Source: Candidatus Helarchaeota archaeon
GTDB taxonomy: Archaea; Asgardarchaeota; Lokiarchaeia; Helarchaeales; RDOG01
DNA: 64,000 bases
NCBI GenBank assembly: GCA_019058315.1
Contig: JAHPZH010000003.1
Span: 460,451 to 524,450 of the forward strand
Direction of reading: 5' to 3'
Shown here: in pieces, positions 39,801 to 50,025 of the stretch
How the letters are laid out: each line of letters opens with the position of its first letter
How positions within the stretch are numbered: position 1 is the stretch's first letter
Program-made: the position numbers and the translations under genes
Notes under the pieces: model-generated
Database searches by the model: none
Told to the model about the DNA's origin: nothing
What the model saw: only the letters and a program-made list of their open reading frames with translations

Positions 39801-41846
39801 TTAATACCTTTTAAAAACAGGCAAGATCAAGTGTGAGGGATGTTTAGAGTCATGAAATATTTTTTGATTTGCGATTATGTAACCCGTTTCATTTTTTTCT
39901 CCTGCAAGATTTGAGTTTACATCGAATCTTGGAAAATTACTTGATGAAATTTCAATTCTAATTTTGTGATCTTTACGAAAATAAATACCAACGGCACCTA
40001 TTGGAATTTCGTACTTATAGATTTTGTCAGGTTCCAGTAAAGAAGGATTTTTCAACCCCTCACGAAATCGAGCCCTTACTCCATTATCCACAATGTTTAT
40101 TGCTTTTTTATCATTATAAACTTCTACTAATTTAACTGTAAAATCAGTATCTTTCGCAGATGATGATGCATAAAATACAATTTTTACATCTCCTATAACT
40201 TCTAATCCTTGTCTCAATTTATCTGTTGTAAATACTAATACATCCTTTCTTTCTTCTATTTTAACTTGATTAAGAGGGCCACTTTTCAAATTTAAAAATC
40301 GTCCACCATGTGTAACAACCGGGTTAGATGGATCAAAATCATATGAATCTGGAGGTTCATCTTTAGGTTCTAATCCTGAAAGACCACCATTTTCAAATCG
40401 TGAATTTGCTTTTCCGTTTGAATGTAAATATAATTTCAATTCTGAACAATCGGGTGGCCATTTACTGAAATGTCGCCAAATTTTCTTATTTAAAATATAT
40501 AAGCGTAATGGAGGGATTTTTGATAAGTCCTTTCCATTTTTTTTCAGCCAGTATTCATACCACCAAAATGGGAAGAAATTTTGATATAATGCGAACATTT
40601 CCTTTGTATCGGGCGAGGAGGGGATTCGAGAATCAGAAGTCATAAAATCCATACCACCATGAGCACCAGGACCAACGATCATCTTGAAATTTTTCTTGAA
40701 ATATTCTGGAGAGTTTTTTTGTATTAACTTTAAGTCCTTGAAATATTGTTCGATGAACATATCATACCAAGATCCGATTACAAGCATGGGAGTTTCTATT
40801 TTTTCGCCATTAAATCCGAAAGCATAAGGTAGATAATCATAATTTGCATTTAACCGTCTTTTTAATATTGTTTCTCTCATAAACTTTTTTAAATCACCAT
40901 GATCTTTTTCATTAAATTTAGCATTCAAATCATAAGTATCATTAATTAATTTGGTCACTTCATCCTCATCTGTTATTTTTTCAAGATCTTCCAAGTGCAA
41001 TAGAAATCTTTTTGTATCTAATGGGTCGTTGTATAAACTTGCTAATGGATTTCGATATAATGTGTTAGAAAGTTGTTCATCTTGTGAAAAAGCTTTTATT
41101 GAAGGATCTTTTTGAGTTATCATTAAAATCAAATTGTAGACGGTAACGCCCATCCCAAGTAAGTTCATACCTTGTGGATGATATAGAACGCTTGTATAAG
41201 AGTTTTGAGCTGGGCTTGCGCATGTTAGCATACCCTTATTGTCCCAAGATACAGACAACTGGGTTAAGCCTAAGAAACTAATACCCCACATTCCGATCTT
41301 CCCATTATACCAAAATCTTTCTGTAATCCATTTTAGGGTTTCTAAACCATCCGGTCGAAGGTAGAATGTGACAGCTAGGGTACCATATTCAGAGCTGGAG
41401 GCGCAACCACGCATGTCTTGGAGAACTGTGACATATCCTTTGGAAGCAAATAGATATCCGAGTATACTGACTAGATCTTTCCAATATGGCAGTCGGACTA
41501 GCATAGTTGGTGCTTTAAATCTATCCTCGAATACAGGTTTTGGTAAAAATATATCGGTGGCAAGTTTTGCGCCATCGTGCATAGTTAATAAGTGTTCTTT
41601 TAATCGAACAACATTATATTTAGGAGTACCGAGGCCTAATAGTCGCCCTATAGAACCACCAAAATATTTAAACATTTTTAATAAGGGAGCTTGAATATAA
41701 TTCATGAGGTTCATTGAACGTTGGATAAGATTATCCATAAATTTACCCATTAAACTATCTTTTAGAAATGGAGGAACGTCTAAAACAAATTCCACATCAG
41801 AGCTATTAAACAAATCTTCTTTCTCCTTACTCATAAATAGCAACAC
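39801..41846 (-). CDS. CocE/NonD family hydrolase
   Basis: DG.KLATDI, PY, QDMRG, G.SFLG nucleophile, WYD, GPGAH, C-terminal SSSNFPRF. Confidence 0.9.
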   Translation of the reverse strand: MLLFMSKEKEDLFNSSDVEFVLDVPPFLKDSLMGKFMDNLIQRSMNLMNYIQAPLLKMFKYFGGSIGRLLGLGTPKYNVVRLKEHLLTMHDGAKLATDIFLPKPVFEDRFKAPTMLVRLPYWKDLVSILGYLFASKGYVTVLQDMRGCASSSEYGTLAVTFYLRPDGLETLKWITERFWYNGKIGMWGISFLGLTQLSVSWDNKGMLTCASPAQNSYTSVLYHPQGMNLLGMGVTVYNLILMITQKDPSIKAFSQDEQLSNTLYRNPLASLYNDPLDTKRFLLHLEDLEKITDEDEVTKLINDTYDLNAKFNEKDHGDLKKFMRETILKRRLNANYDYLPYAFGFNGEKIETPMLVIGSWYDMFIEQYFKDLKLIQKNSPEYFKKNFKMIVGPGAHGGMDFMTSDSRIPSSPDTKEMFALYQNFFPFWWYEYWLKKNGKDLSKIPPLRLYILNKKIWRHFSKWPPDCSELKLYLHSNGKANSRFENGGLSGLEPKDEPPDSYDFDPSNPVVTHGGRFLNLKSGPLNQVKIEERKDVLVFTTDKLRQGLEVIGDVKIVFYASSSAKDTDFTVKLVEVYNDKKAINIVDNGVRARFREGLKNPSLLEPDKIYKYEIPIGAVGIYFRKDHKIRIEISSSNFPRFDVNSNLAGEKNETGYIIANQKIFHDSKHPSHLILPVFKRY

Positions 41847-42064
41847 CTAAAAATGAATTAAAAAGTAAATATACAAAGAATAAATCAAACAAAAAAACTT
41901 AACAATTTATAATTAAAAAGTTTTCAATTTTTATAATTTGATAAATGTAATAGCATATAAAGGCATATATTCATTAGAAACAAATTACTAAATGTTATAA
42001 TTTTTGATATGAAGTTATTATATTAAATCGATAGATTTCTACATGAACAATTTAAGAAAATGAT

Positions 42065-42430
42065 TTAATTAGGAATTTTTTCTGATTTCGAATGGGCAAA
42101 CCGAATCCACCCAACTAATATTAGGATTATTGATACAATAATTGTTGAGATTATAACCCAAAATGTGATTTTTGCAGCTATTAGGTGCTTGTGTGATGAT
42201 TGTATCATATTAATGCAACCTATTAAAAAAATAGGGAATTCTTTAATCTCTTCAGAGTTTGATAACAACATAATAGTTAATACGCAATCATTACTACCAA
42301 ATCCCATTCTTAGAAGATTCGAATAATAATTATGCTGTGCCAAGATATAAAGAAGAACAGGAATTCCAGATGCGATTATAAGCCCAATAATTCCAATAGC
42401 TCTCCATTTATTGTGAATAATATTTCCCAT
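42065..42430 (-). CDS. Small membrane hypothetical protein
   Basis: 121 aa, 2-3 hydrophobic segments, GGAG upstream. Confidence 0.55.
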   Translation of the reverse strand: MGNIIHNKWRAIGIIGLIIASGIPVLLYILAQHNYYSNLLRMGFGSNDCVLTIMLLSNSEEIKEFPIFLIGCINMIQSSHKHLIAAKITFWVIISTIIVSIILILVGWIRFAHSKSEKIPN

Positions 42431-42561
42431 ATTATTCTCTCCATTTACTTTATAATTGAATTTAAGAAACCGCTTGTATTATTATACTACGACAATACTT
42501 ATAAACTTATCTGATGGAAGCATTTTAATAACAATTAAAAAATAATTGGAAAGGAATTAAA

Positions 42562-44112
42562 ATGTCAAGAGAAAATAATATTGTTGTTGACGTAGAATCG
42601 AAGAAAAAATCAATAAATCCGATGATTTATAGCAATTTTATCGAACATTTAGGGGAATGTATTCATAATGGAATATGGGCATATGATCCCGTTAATGTAC
42701 CTTTATTTAAAGGAAATCCGAAATTAAAAGGGATGAGAGAAGATGTTTTTAATGCAGTAAAAAATCTAAAACCGACTGTATTAAGGGCATTTGGAGGATG
42801 TTATTCTGATGTCTATCATTGGAAGGATGCAATTGGTTCAAGGGATTCACGAAAAACAGTTAAAAATATAGCTTGGAACGATCCAAATTTGCTTCCAGAA
42901 GGTACTGGTCCTGATATTGAGAATCAATTTGGTATTGATGAATTCCTAACTTTATGTGAAGAAATTAGTGCAAAACCCTATCTTAATGTGAATTATGGAA
43001 CTGGAACTCCCGAAGAGGCTGCCGATTGGGTAGAATATTGTAATTGTTCCACCAATACAAAATATGGTGCATTAAGAGCGAAATATAGGAGAAAAGAACC
43101 ATATAATGTCCAATTTTGGGGGATTGCTAACGAAATTTACGGTTTTTGGGAAAGAGGCTATGAAAAAAAACCGGAAAATTATGCAAAAAAATATCTCGAA
43201 TTCGCTAAACAAATGAGAGAAAAAGATCCCACAATTAAACTTTTTGCTTGTGGTTGGGAAAATTCAAAATGGAATCAAACATTACTAAAAAATATCGGAG
43301 AAGATTGGGTTGATTATTTAACTATACATCGATATTTTCCAAATCTTTTTGCAAAAGCTTCTGGAGAAAAACATCCAGACAAACCAAAATGTTATCATGC
43401 ACTAATGGCATCAGCCCCCTTAATTGAGCAATATATTAACCACACTTGGGAAGATATTATTACAGCTTTGGGAAAAAATACTCATGTTAGGATTGCATTC
43501 GACGAATGGGGTGTCTGGTATGTGTTTAAAGATGTGATAAAATCAAATTATAACTTACAAGACGGGCTATGGACAGCTTTGGTCTTGATGAACTTTCAAA
43601 AAATGTCGGATAAATGCCCGATGGCTAATTGGTCGCAACTTGTAAATTGTCTTGGTGCTATTCAAACTGATCCTGATGGTTTAATTCTTACTCCGATTTA
43701 TTTGGCATTAAAACTCTTTAAAGATCATACATACTATAATTTAATAGAAGACTTGGACATTAAGTGCGAAACATTTGATTCTCGCAGATACGGACGTATC
43801 CCAAAGAGTGAAAACGTTCCATATATAGATTGTAATGCTACCATTAATGATAAAGAGGATAAACTTTCGATTATGTTTGTTAATAAACATTTCACAAATA
43901 ATTTAATTGTCAATCTTGAACTTAAGAGTTTTAACCCTTCCGAACAAGGAGAAATTATAGAATTAAATAGTGAATCTCCCTTTGATTATAATACGATAGA
44001 AAATCGAAATAAAATTAAATTAAAACATAAAAAAGTTGAGGAATGCAAATCTAAAATGACTCTTGAATTACCTGCACATTCGGTAGTGCTTTTGAAATTA
44101 AATAAAAAATAA
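42562..44112 (+). CDS. Alpha-L-arabinofuranosidase, GH51
   Basis: FIEHLGECI..GIW, GGC..D.YHWKD.IG, NQFGIDEF, catalytic NE and FDEW, NW.QLVN. Confidence 0.92.
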   Translation: MSRENNIVVDVESKKKSINPMIYSNFIEHLGECIHNGIWAYDPVNVPLFKGNPKLKGMREDVFNAVKNLKPTVLRAFGGCYSDVYHWKDAIGSRDSRKTVKNIAWNDPNLLPEGTGPDIENQFGIDEFLTLCEEISAKPYLNVNYGTGTPEEAADWVEYCNCSTNTKYGALRAKYRRKEPYNVQFWGIANEIYGFWERGYEKKPENYAKKYLEFAKQMREKDPTIKLFACGWENSKWNQTLLKNIGEDWVDYLTIHRYFPNLFAKASGEKHPDKPKCYHALMASAPLIEQYINHTWEDIITALGKNTHVRIAFDEWGVWYVFKDVIKSNYNLQDGLWTALVLMNFQKMSDKCPMANWSQLVNCLGAIQTDPDGLILTPIYLALKLFKDHTYYNLIEDLDIKCETFDSRRYGRIPKSENVPYIDCNATINDKEDKLSIMFVNKHFTNNLIVNLELKSFNPSEQGEIIELNSESPFDYNTIENRNKIKLKHKKVEECKSKMTLELPAHSVVLLKLNKK

Positions 44113-44140
44113 AATATGAAATAATCATAAAGGTGTATTC

Positions 44141-45109
44141 ATGAAATTTGTAGAATTAGGAAAAAATAAGGAAAAAGTATCTGCCATTGGTTTAGGAACT
44201 TGGCAATTTGGGACTAAAGGATGGGGATATGGTAAAGAATTTGATAAAATAACCGCGATTAATATAACAAACCTTGCAATTGACAACGGAGTTAACTTAT
44301 TAGATACAGCAGAGCTATATGGAGATGGGATTTCTGAAAAAATTGTGGGTGAAGCTATAAAGGACAGGCGTGACGAAGTATTTATTGCGACTAAAGTTGC
44401 TCCTTATAATACTGGCTATAGAAGCTTAAAAAAATCTTGTGAGCGTAGTTTAAATAAATTAGGAATAAAAACTATTGATTTATATCAAATTCACTGGCCA
44501 AATCCTCTCTTAAGTACAAGACGCACCATAAAAGCGATGGATGAGCTTGTTGATGAGGGAAAAATTCGTTATATTGGTGTAAGTAATTTTTCAATTGGAA
44601 GATTAAAGAAAGCTCAAGAGCTGACAAAACATGAAATTGTTTCTAATCAAGTCAGTTATAGTCTTGCTAACTTAAAGGTAGAAGAAAAACTTTTGCCATT
44701 TTCTAAAGAATCAGGAGTAAAGATTATAGCTTACTCACCTCTGGCTCAAGGATTGCTAACAGGAAAATATACACCAGAAACTCCTTTGAAAACTGGGGGA
44801 GTGAGGAGAATTAATAATCTTTTTCGCCCCCGTAATTTGAAAAAGGCAATGCCCTTGATTAATAAATTAAAAGAAGTTGGAGAAAAATATAACCGAACCG
44901 CAGCACAAGTATCTTTAAATTTTCTAATATCTGATGATTCTGTGATAGCAATTCCAGGAGCTAAGAATGAAACACAATTAATGTCTAATATTGGAGCTGC
45001 TGACTTCGAACTTGAAAGAAATGATATTGATGAATTAAGAAAAGTTGCAGAGCAATTTGAACCGACTAAAATAGGTTCTCTTCAATGGATAGCAGGAATA
45101 CAAAGTTGA
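44141..45109 (+). CDS. Aldo/keto reductase
   Basis: IGLGTWQ, DTAELYG, ATK, IDLYQIHWP, GVSNF. Confidence 0.94.
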   Translation: MKFVELGKNKEKVSAIGLGTWQFGTKGWGYGKEFDKITAINITNLAIDNGVNLLDTAELYGDGISEKIVGEAIKDRRDEVFIATKVAPYNTGYRSLKKSCERSLNKLGIKTIDLYQIHWPNPLLSTRRTIKAMDELVDEGKIRYIGVSNFSIGRLKKAQELTKHEIVSNQVSYSLANLKVEEKLLPFSKESGVKIIAYSPLAQGLLTGKYTPETPLKTGGVRRINNLFRPRNLKKAMPLINKLKEVGEKYNRTAAQVSLNFLISDDSVIAIPGAKNETQLMSNIGAADFELERNDIDELRKVAEQFEPTKIGSLQWIAGIQS

Positions 45110-45152
45110 CTTATTTTTAATATTTATAACACTTTAATCTGTTTTTCATATT

Positions 45153-46286
45153 TTGGAGTTGTTTAAAATAAAATTAATTAACATTGCAGAATTTCTTGCA
45201 AAACAAGCATCCTCACGTTTTCCGGATAAGATTGCTATTATTGCGGTATATGGATCTGTGGCTTTAGGAACAGAACGGGAGTATTCTGATATTGATATGT
45301 ATGCTATTGTAGATAATGAAGCAGATACTGATCTACCTTGGAATTTTATTTTTCAAAATCAAACTATCGAATTTTGGAAGATGGACTGGCAAGTAGCAGA
45401 ACAAATTGCTTTAGGAAATAGAGAAACAAACCCTTGGGCGGTTTCAGCTTCTTTGTTTATAAATAATAAAATACTTTATGCCCGATCTGAGACAGATAGG
45501 GCACATTTTGACTCTATATGTAAAAAAATTAAACGATCAGAAAAAGACAATATCGAACAAATAATGAGTATCTTCAATAAAGGTTATTCAACTATTGAAC
45601 AAATTTGGCTTGCAAAAAAGAATGATGATTTGGCTTCGGCAAGATGGGCAGTTTGGAATCTAATAAATCACACAGTAGCATGTCTTTCATTAATAAATAA
45701 TACTTTTCTCATGAAGAATTGGGGAAAGAATTTGCAAGAAGTGTTTGAGCTCCCAATTTTACCCGAAAACTATTCGAATCAAGTCCAAATTCTCAGCAAG
45801 TCATCAAATTTTGATGAAATGATGTCTATAGGACGAGAATTAATATCCAATTTCCGCAAATTAATCCTTGAAAAACAAAATAAAATTAATCTCTCCATTA
45901 GTAACCAAAAAGATATCTTTTGGAATAATTACATCGGTATTAAATCTTATTTAAATAAAATTCGCTCATCTTGTAAAGAAAAAGACTTAATCTCAGTTAG
46001 TTATACTGCTACTGAACTTCAAATTGTGATTGCTGAACAAATTGCTATTTTTGAAAAACAGATTGCTATTGATGCATATAATTTTAATTCATTTAAGGAA
46101 TTAAAATCATATTATGAGCAATTAAGATTACCTGACCTAATGTTAAGCATTTCAAAGGGGGATTTAAAACAAATTGAACAAGATATAAATGTCATTGATT
46201 CTCGGCTTGAGCAATATTATAGGAACCAAGGTTTTGATTTTATTTCTTTTAGAGATTGGGGTGAATTAGAAACTTATTTCAAATAA
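45153..46286 (+). CDS. Pol-beta-type nucleotidyltransferase (KNTase-like)
   Basis: YGSVA.G....SDID motif plus helical C-terminal domains. Confidence 0.75.
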   Translation: MELFKIKLINIAEFLAKQASSRFPDKIAIIAVYGSVALGTEREYSDIDMYAIVDNEADTDLPWNFIFQNQTIEFWKMDWQVAEQIALGNRETNPWAVSASLFINNKILYARSETDRAHFDSICKKIKRSEKDNIEQIMSIFNKGYSTIEQIWLAKKNDDLASARWAVWNLINHTVACLSLINNTFLMKNWGKNLQEVFELPILPENYSNQVQILSKSSNFDEMMSIGRELISNFRKLILEKQNKINLSISNQKDIFWNNYIGIKSYLNKIRSSCKEKDLISVSYTATELQIVIAEQIAIFEKQIAIDAYNFNSFKELKSYYEQLRLPDLMLSISKGDLKQIEQDINVIDSRLEQYYRNQGFDFISFRDWGELETYFK

Positions 46287-46381
46287 TAGATAATGAAATC
46301 AAAATTTTTTTAAAACGAGAGGTATTCGTGAAATAAAGAATATTGTATTATGAGTTAAAACTTTTTTGTCAATGATTAAAT

Positions 46382-47341
46382 ATGGTATTAAGTGATGAAT
46401 CTAAAGGTTATATATTAGTATTTTTTGCTGTTTTTATATGGTCTTTTGGGGAAATTTTAATCAAGCTACTTCAAAATTCAGTAGGCCCTTTTTCTTACCC
46501 TTTTTTACGGTTTTTTATTGGAAGTATATTCTTATTTTCTGTTTTAGGCATAAAAAAAGATTTTTCAGGTATTAAGGATATGATGAAAAATCCGGTCTTG
46601 ATTTTGTTAGCAAGCGTTCTAGGTTTAGGTATTTCCCATGTTTTATTTTTTATTGGGATAAGTAAGACCTTTGCTAATACTGGTGCTTTAATTTTTACCA
46701 CATATCCTATCTGGACTGCACTTTATTCAGTGATTCTATTGAATGAGAGAACAAACTTAAAATTAAAATTCATAGGAATGGCTATTGGAATATTTGGAAT
46801 TACAATATTAATGTTGAGTTTTACACCAACTGAATTTTTTAATATTGAACAATTTTTTAAAAATTATCAGCATTTATTGGGTAGTATTTTAGCGCTTATT
46901 GCCTCCTTTTTATGGTCCTTGTATGCGGTTCTAGGAAAAAAAATTCAAAATAAATCTGAAGAAACTAATAATACATCCGACTATGATCTGAAATTTACCG
47001 CACTTTCTTTCTTAATAACTAGTATATCAATTTTTTTTATACTAATATTTACTCCCGATTTTGAAGCTATCTTCCATTATGATTTAAACACTTGGATTTT
47101 AGTCTTAATTTTAGGTATAATCTCATCAGGAGTAAGTTATTATCTATTTTTTAACGGAGTCAAGTATATTGAAGTAAGTAGAGGAATTTCTTTAGCGCTA
47201 TTAAAACCAATAATTGTTATATTTTTTGCCTTTGTTATATTAGGAGAGAATATTACATTTATTTTATTATTTTCTCTAGGAATAGTTCTTTTTTCACTCT
47301 ATTTAATTACTAGAAATCCAAAAGATAATCAAAAAGAATAG
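46382..47341 (+). CDS. EamA/DMT family transporter
   Basis: 10 TM, two EamA repeats (LRF, P, L.E). Confidence 0.88.
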   Translation: MVLSDESKGYILVFFAVFIWSFGEILIKLLQNSVGPFSYPFLRFFIGSIFLFSVLGIKKDFSGIKDMMKNPVLILLASVLGLGISHVLFFIGISKTFANTGALIFTTYPIWTALYSVILLNERTNLKLKFIGMAIGIFGITILMLSFTPTEFFNIEQFFKNYQHLLGSILALIASFLWSLYAVLGKKIQNKSEETNNTSDYDLKFTALSFLITSISIFFILIFTPDFEAIFHYDLNTWILVLILGIISSGVSYYLFFNGVKYIEVSRGISLALLKPIIVIFFAFVILGENITFILLFSLGIVLFSLYLITRNPKDNQKE

Positions 47342-47343
47342 AA

Positions 47344-47991
47344 ATGCAAAATTATTACAAAAATAGAGCAGAGGAATATGAAGAGATTTATCTTAGAGAT
47401 GATCCAACAAGACAAGAAGAACTCAGGAAATTAGAAGAATTAATGAAAGAAACTTTAGTGAATAAAAAGGTTCTTGAGATTGCTTGTGGGACAGGATATT
47501 GGACAAGATTGCTTTCAGAGACAGCTCAATCTATAATAGCCACAGATAAAGTTCAACAAGTTTTGGAAATTGCAAAAGAAAAGCAATATTTATGTCCAGT
47601 TTCTTTTCATATTGAAGATGCATTCAAACTCTCATTTAAAAATGCTTCATTTAATGGTGGTTTAGCAAATTTTTGGTTTTCTCACGTCCCAAGAGAAAAA
47701 ATTGATTGCTTTTTAACTAATTTTCATAGAGTTTTGCAAAAAAAATCAGAAATATTCATAGCAGACAATGTTTATATCCCAAGCATTGGAGGAGAATTAG
47801 TCATCAAAAAAGGAGACAATAATACATATAAAAGAAGGAAATTAAAGGATGGACGGGAATATTTAATTTTGAAAAACTATTACTCATTTGAGGATCTTTT
47901 AAAAATTTTTAGTAAACATATTACAGGATTTAGTAAGGATAATATCTTTTATGGTAACTGTTTTTGGTGTTTAACATACGAATTGGAATAA
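47344..47991 (+). CDS. Class I SAM-dependent methyltransferase
   Basis: YY..RA.EYE, VLEIACGTGYWT, FWFSHVP. Confidence 0.9.
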   Translation: MQNYYKNRAEEYEEIYLRDDPTRQEELRKLEELMKETLVNKKVLEIACGTGYWTRLLSETAQSIIATDKVQQVLEIAKEKQYLCPVSFHIEDAFKLSFKNASFNGGLANFWFSHVPREKIDCFLTNFHRVLQKKSEIFIADNVYIPSIGGELVIKKGDNNTYKRRKLKDGREYLILKNYYSFEDLLKIFSKHITGFSKDNIFYGNCFWCLTYELE

Positions 47992-48107
47992 TCATTATTT
48001 GATTATTACTTTAAATAAGGTTTTATTTCTTTTTTTAATTTCAACCTAAAAAAAGTTGTTTTCGTCGAAAATATTAAAATTCATTTTTTTGATATAGATT
48101 ATTTGAG

Positions 48108-48683
48108 ATGCAGTCATTTATACACCCTCCAAATAATTTTTTAACAATTATAGAACTTAAGAATCAGCATGAAGCAGTATTAAAACCTTATAAAGATATA
48201 GATGGTGAATTGTTATATGATTTTTATTATTCTTGTTCAAGCGAAACAATTTATTATCGATTTATGAGCCTTTCACTTTATAATAATTTGAGAAAAGAAA
48301 GTAAGCAATCTGCAATTAAAATGATAAAAAAATTTACCAATCCTACCCATAATGACACTATTGCAATTATAGCCATAATAAAGGAAAATCATAAAGAAAA
48401 AATTGTTGCTGAGGGAATGTTTGTAAAAACAGGAAAGAATAGGGCTGAAATAGCAGTTATGACCTCTGATAATTGGCAAAGACAGGGATTAGCAATAAAT
48501 ATTGGAAAATTATTAAAAAAAATTGCATTATCAAGGGGAATAAAGTATTTCGAAGGAGACTACTTGTTATCAAATTATAAATTGAAAAAATTATTTCAAA
48601 ATTTAAAGATTAAATACAATTATATTATTAATGGAGATAGTCTCCGGTTTGAAATTGATTTAGAAGATCCATTTTATGAGTAA
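48108..48683 (+). CDS. GNAT family N-acetyltransferase (Pat-like GNAT domain)
   Basis: S.ETIYYRF, AEIAV..SD.WQRQGLA, N. Confidence 0.82.
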   Translation: MQSFIHPPNNFLTIIELKNQHEAVLKPYKDIDGELLYDFYYSCSSETIYYRFMSLSLYNNLRKESKQSAIKMIKKFTNPTHNDTIAIIAIIKENHKEKIVAEGMFVKTGKNRAEIAVMTSDNWQRQGLAINIGKLLKKIALSRGIKYFEGDYLLSNYKLKKLFQNLKIKYNYIINGDSLRFEIDLEDPFYE

Positions 48684-48745
48684 GAGTTTACTTAATTCAA
48701 ATTAATTTTTGTTATTAATTTAAAATCTTCTTTTTTCAGTAAAAA

Positions 48746-48844
48746 ATCTTTCAAAATTTTTTAGTAAACATATTATAGAATATAATAAGGATAATGTCTT
48801 TTACAATAACTACTGTTGATATAATATATGGATTGGAATGATCA
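48746..48844 (+). pseudogene. Degenerate copy of the 3' end of the methyltransferase gene (47894-47994)
   Basis: Collinear ~100-bp match (TTTTTAGTAAACATATTA...TAAGGATAAT.TCTTTTA...ATTGGAAT.ATCA) with substitutions and indels. Confidence 0.7.
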
Positions 48845-48862
48845 AATTTAGGAAGAAACAAT

Positions 48863-50008
48863 ATGTTTGATGAAAATATTTGCACAAGATGTGGAACTTG
48901 TTTAGAAAGTTGTCCTGCAATTGATTTAGATATTGATCAAGCACAAGAAGAGATTGAAAATTTAATCAGCGGTTCAAGTTTTATTGTTGACAAATGCTTA
49001 GTTTGTGGCACTTGTGATCTCAATTGTCCGGAAGGTTTAACGCCAATGGCTTTGATTAAAGATTTAAAATACGTGAAAATGGAAGAATTAGAAAGAAAAG
49101 GACAAACCTCAAAGTTAGTCAAATTTATTTTGCCCTTTAGCAAACCAAATTTCTTTGAATTTTACGAAGAAACCATGATGACACCCGAAGAATCTGTGAA
49201 TTTAAAAAAGTGGAAATCACCAGCTAAGACCGATGAATTAGTGTTGTTAGGTTGCGCGATCTCATATCCTATGCAAAATTTTTACAAAAATCCCACAATT
49301 GAGGGGTTATTAAAAGGAAAGACTTTGGCTGGTGGGGTAGAATTTTGTTGCGGCGAAATGTATCATCGATTATGTTATCCAATTTCGAAAACTGAAATTG
49401 AGGATAGACTGTATTCTAAATTTTCTGATTTGGGAGTAAATAGACTATTAATATTTTGTAACGAATGTTATGAAGCGTATAATACGGAATATAAAAAAAT
49501 AGCAAAAGATTTTAAAATGACGTGCGTTTGGGAGTATATTTTCAAAGCTATTAAATCTGGAGAATTGCAAATTACAAATGAAATAGATTTAAAGGTCACT
49601 TATCATGATCCTTGTTCCGCAAAAAAACATCCTGAGTTAATGAAGTATCCCAGAGAAATTATCAAAGCAACCGGAGTCGAATTAATTGAGTTAGAACATA
49701 ATTCAGAAAATGCTCTTTGTTGTGGAATTGCGGCTGGCTTAAATGGTCTTTCTGCAATTGAGAAAATTAGAAAAAAGCGATTTAAAGAAATTAAACAAAC
49801 TGGAGGAGAATATATACTGACTACTTGCCCAGGATGTATCCTTAATTTTGCTTTAGATCCGAGAATTCAAAGAAAATTTAAAATTTTATCAGTCTTGGAT
49901 ATTTTACGATTAAGTTGTGGTGAAAAAATAGATTTAAATAAAAATCCCGTATTAATAAACAAATTATTAAATAAAGCCTTAACAACGAGACCTGATCTTT
50001 TGATATGA
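48863..50008 (+). CDS. Fe-S oxidoreductase, HdrD/GlpC-like (2x4Fe-4S plus CCG domains)
   Basis: Two CxxCxxCxxxCP motifs; CCG, CxxC, YHDPC, CCG, CPGC. Confidence 0.88.
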   Translation: MFDENICTRCGTCLESCPAIDLDIDQAQEEIENLISGSSFIVDKCLVCGTCDLNCPEGLTPMALIKDLKYVKMEELERKGQTSKLVKFILPFSKPNFFEFYEETMMTPEESVNLKKWKSPAKTDELVLLGCAISYPMQNFYKNPTIEGLLKGKTLAGGVEFCCGEMYHRLCYPISKTEIEDRLYSKFSDLGVNRLLIFCNECYEAYNTEYKKIAKDFKMTCVWEYIFKAIKSGELQITNEIDLKVTYHDPCSAKKHPELMKYPREIIKATGVELIELEHNSENALCCGIAAGLNGLSAIEKIRKKRFKEIKQTGGEYILTTCPGCILNFALDPRIQRKFKILSVLDILRLSCGEKIDLNKNPVLINKLLNKALTTRPDLLI

Positions 50009-50025
50009 TATTTCAATGCCCTTTT

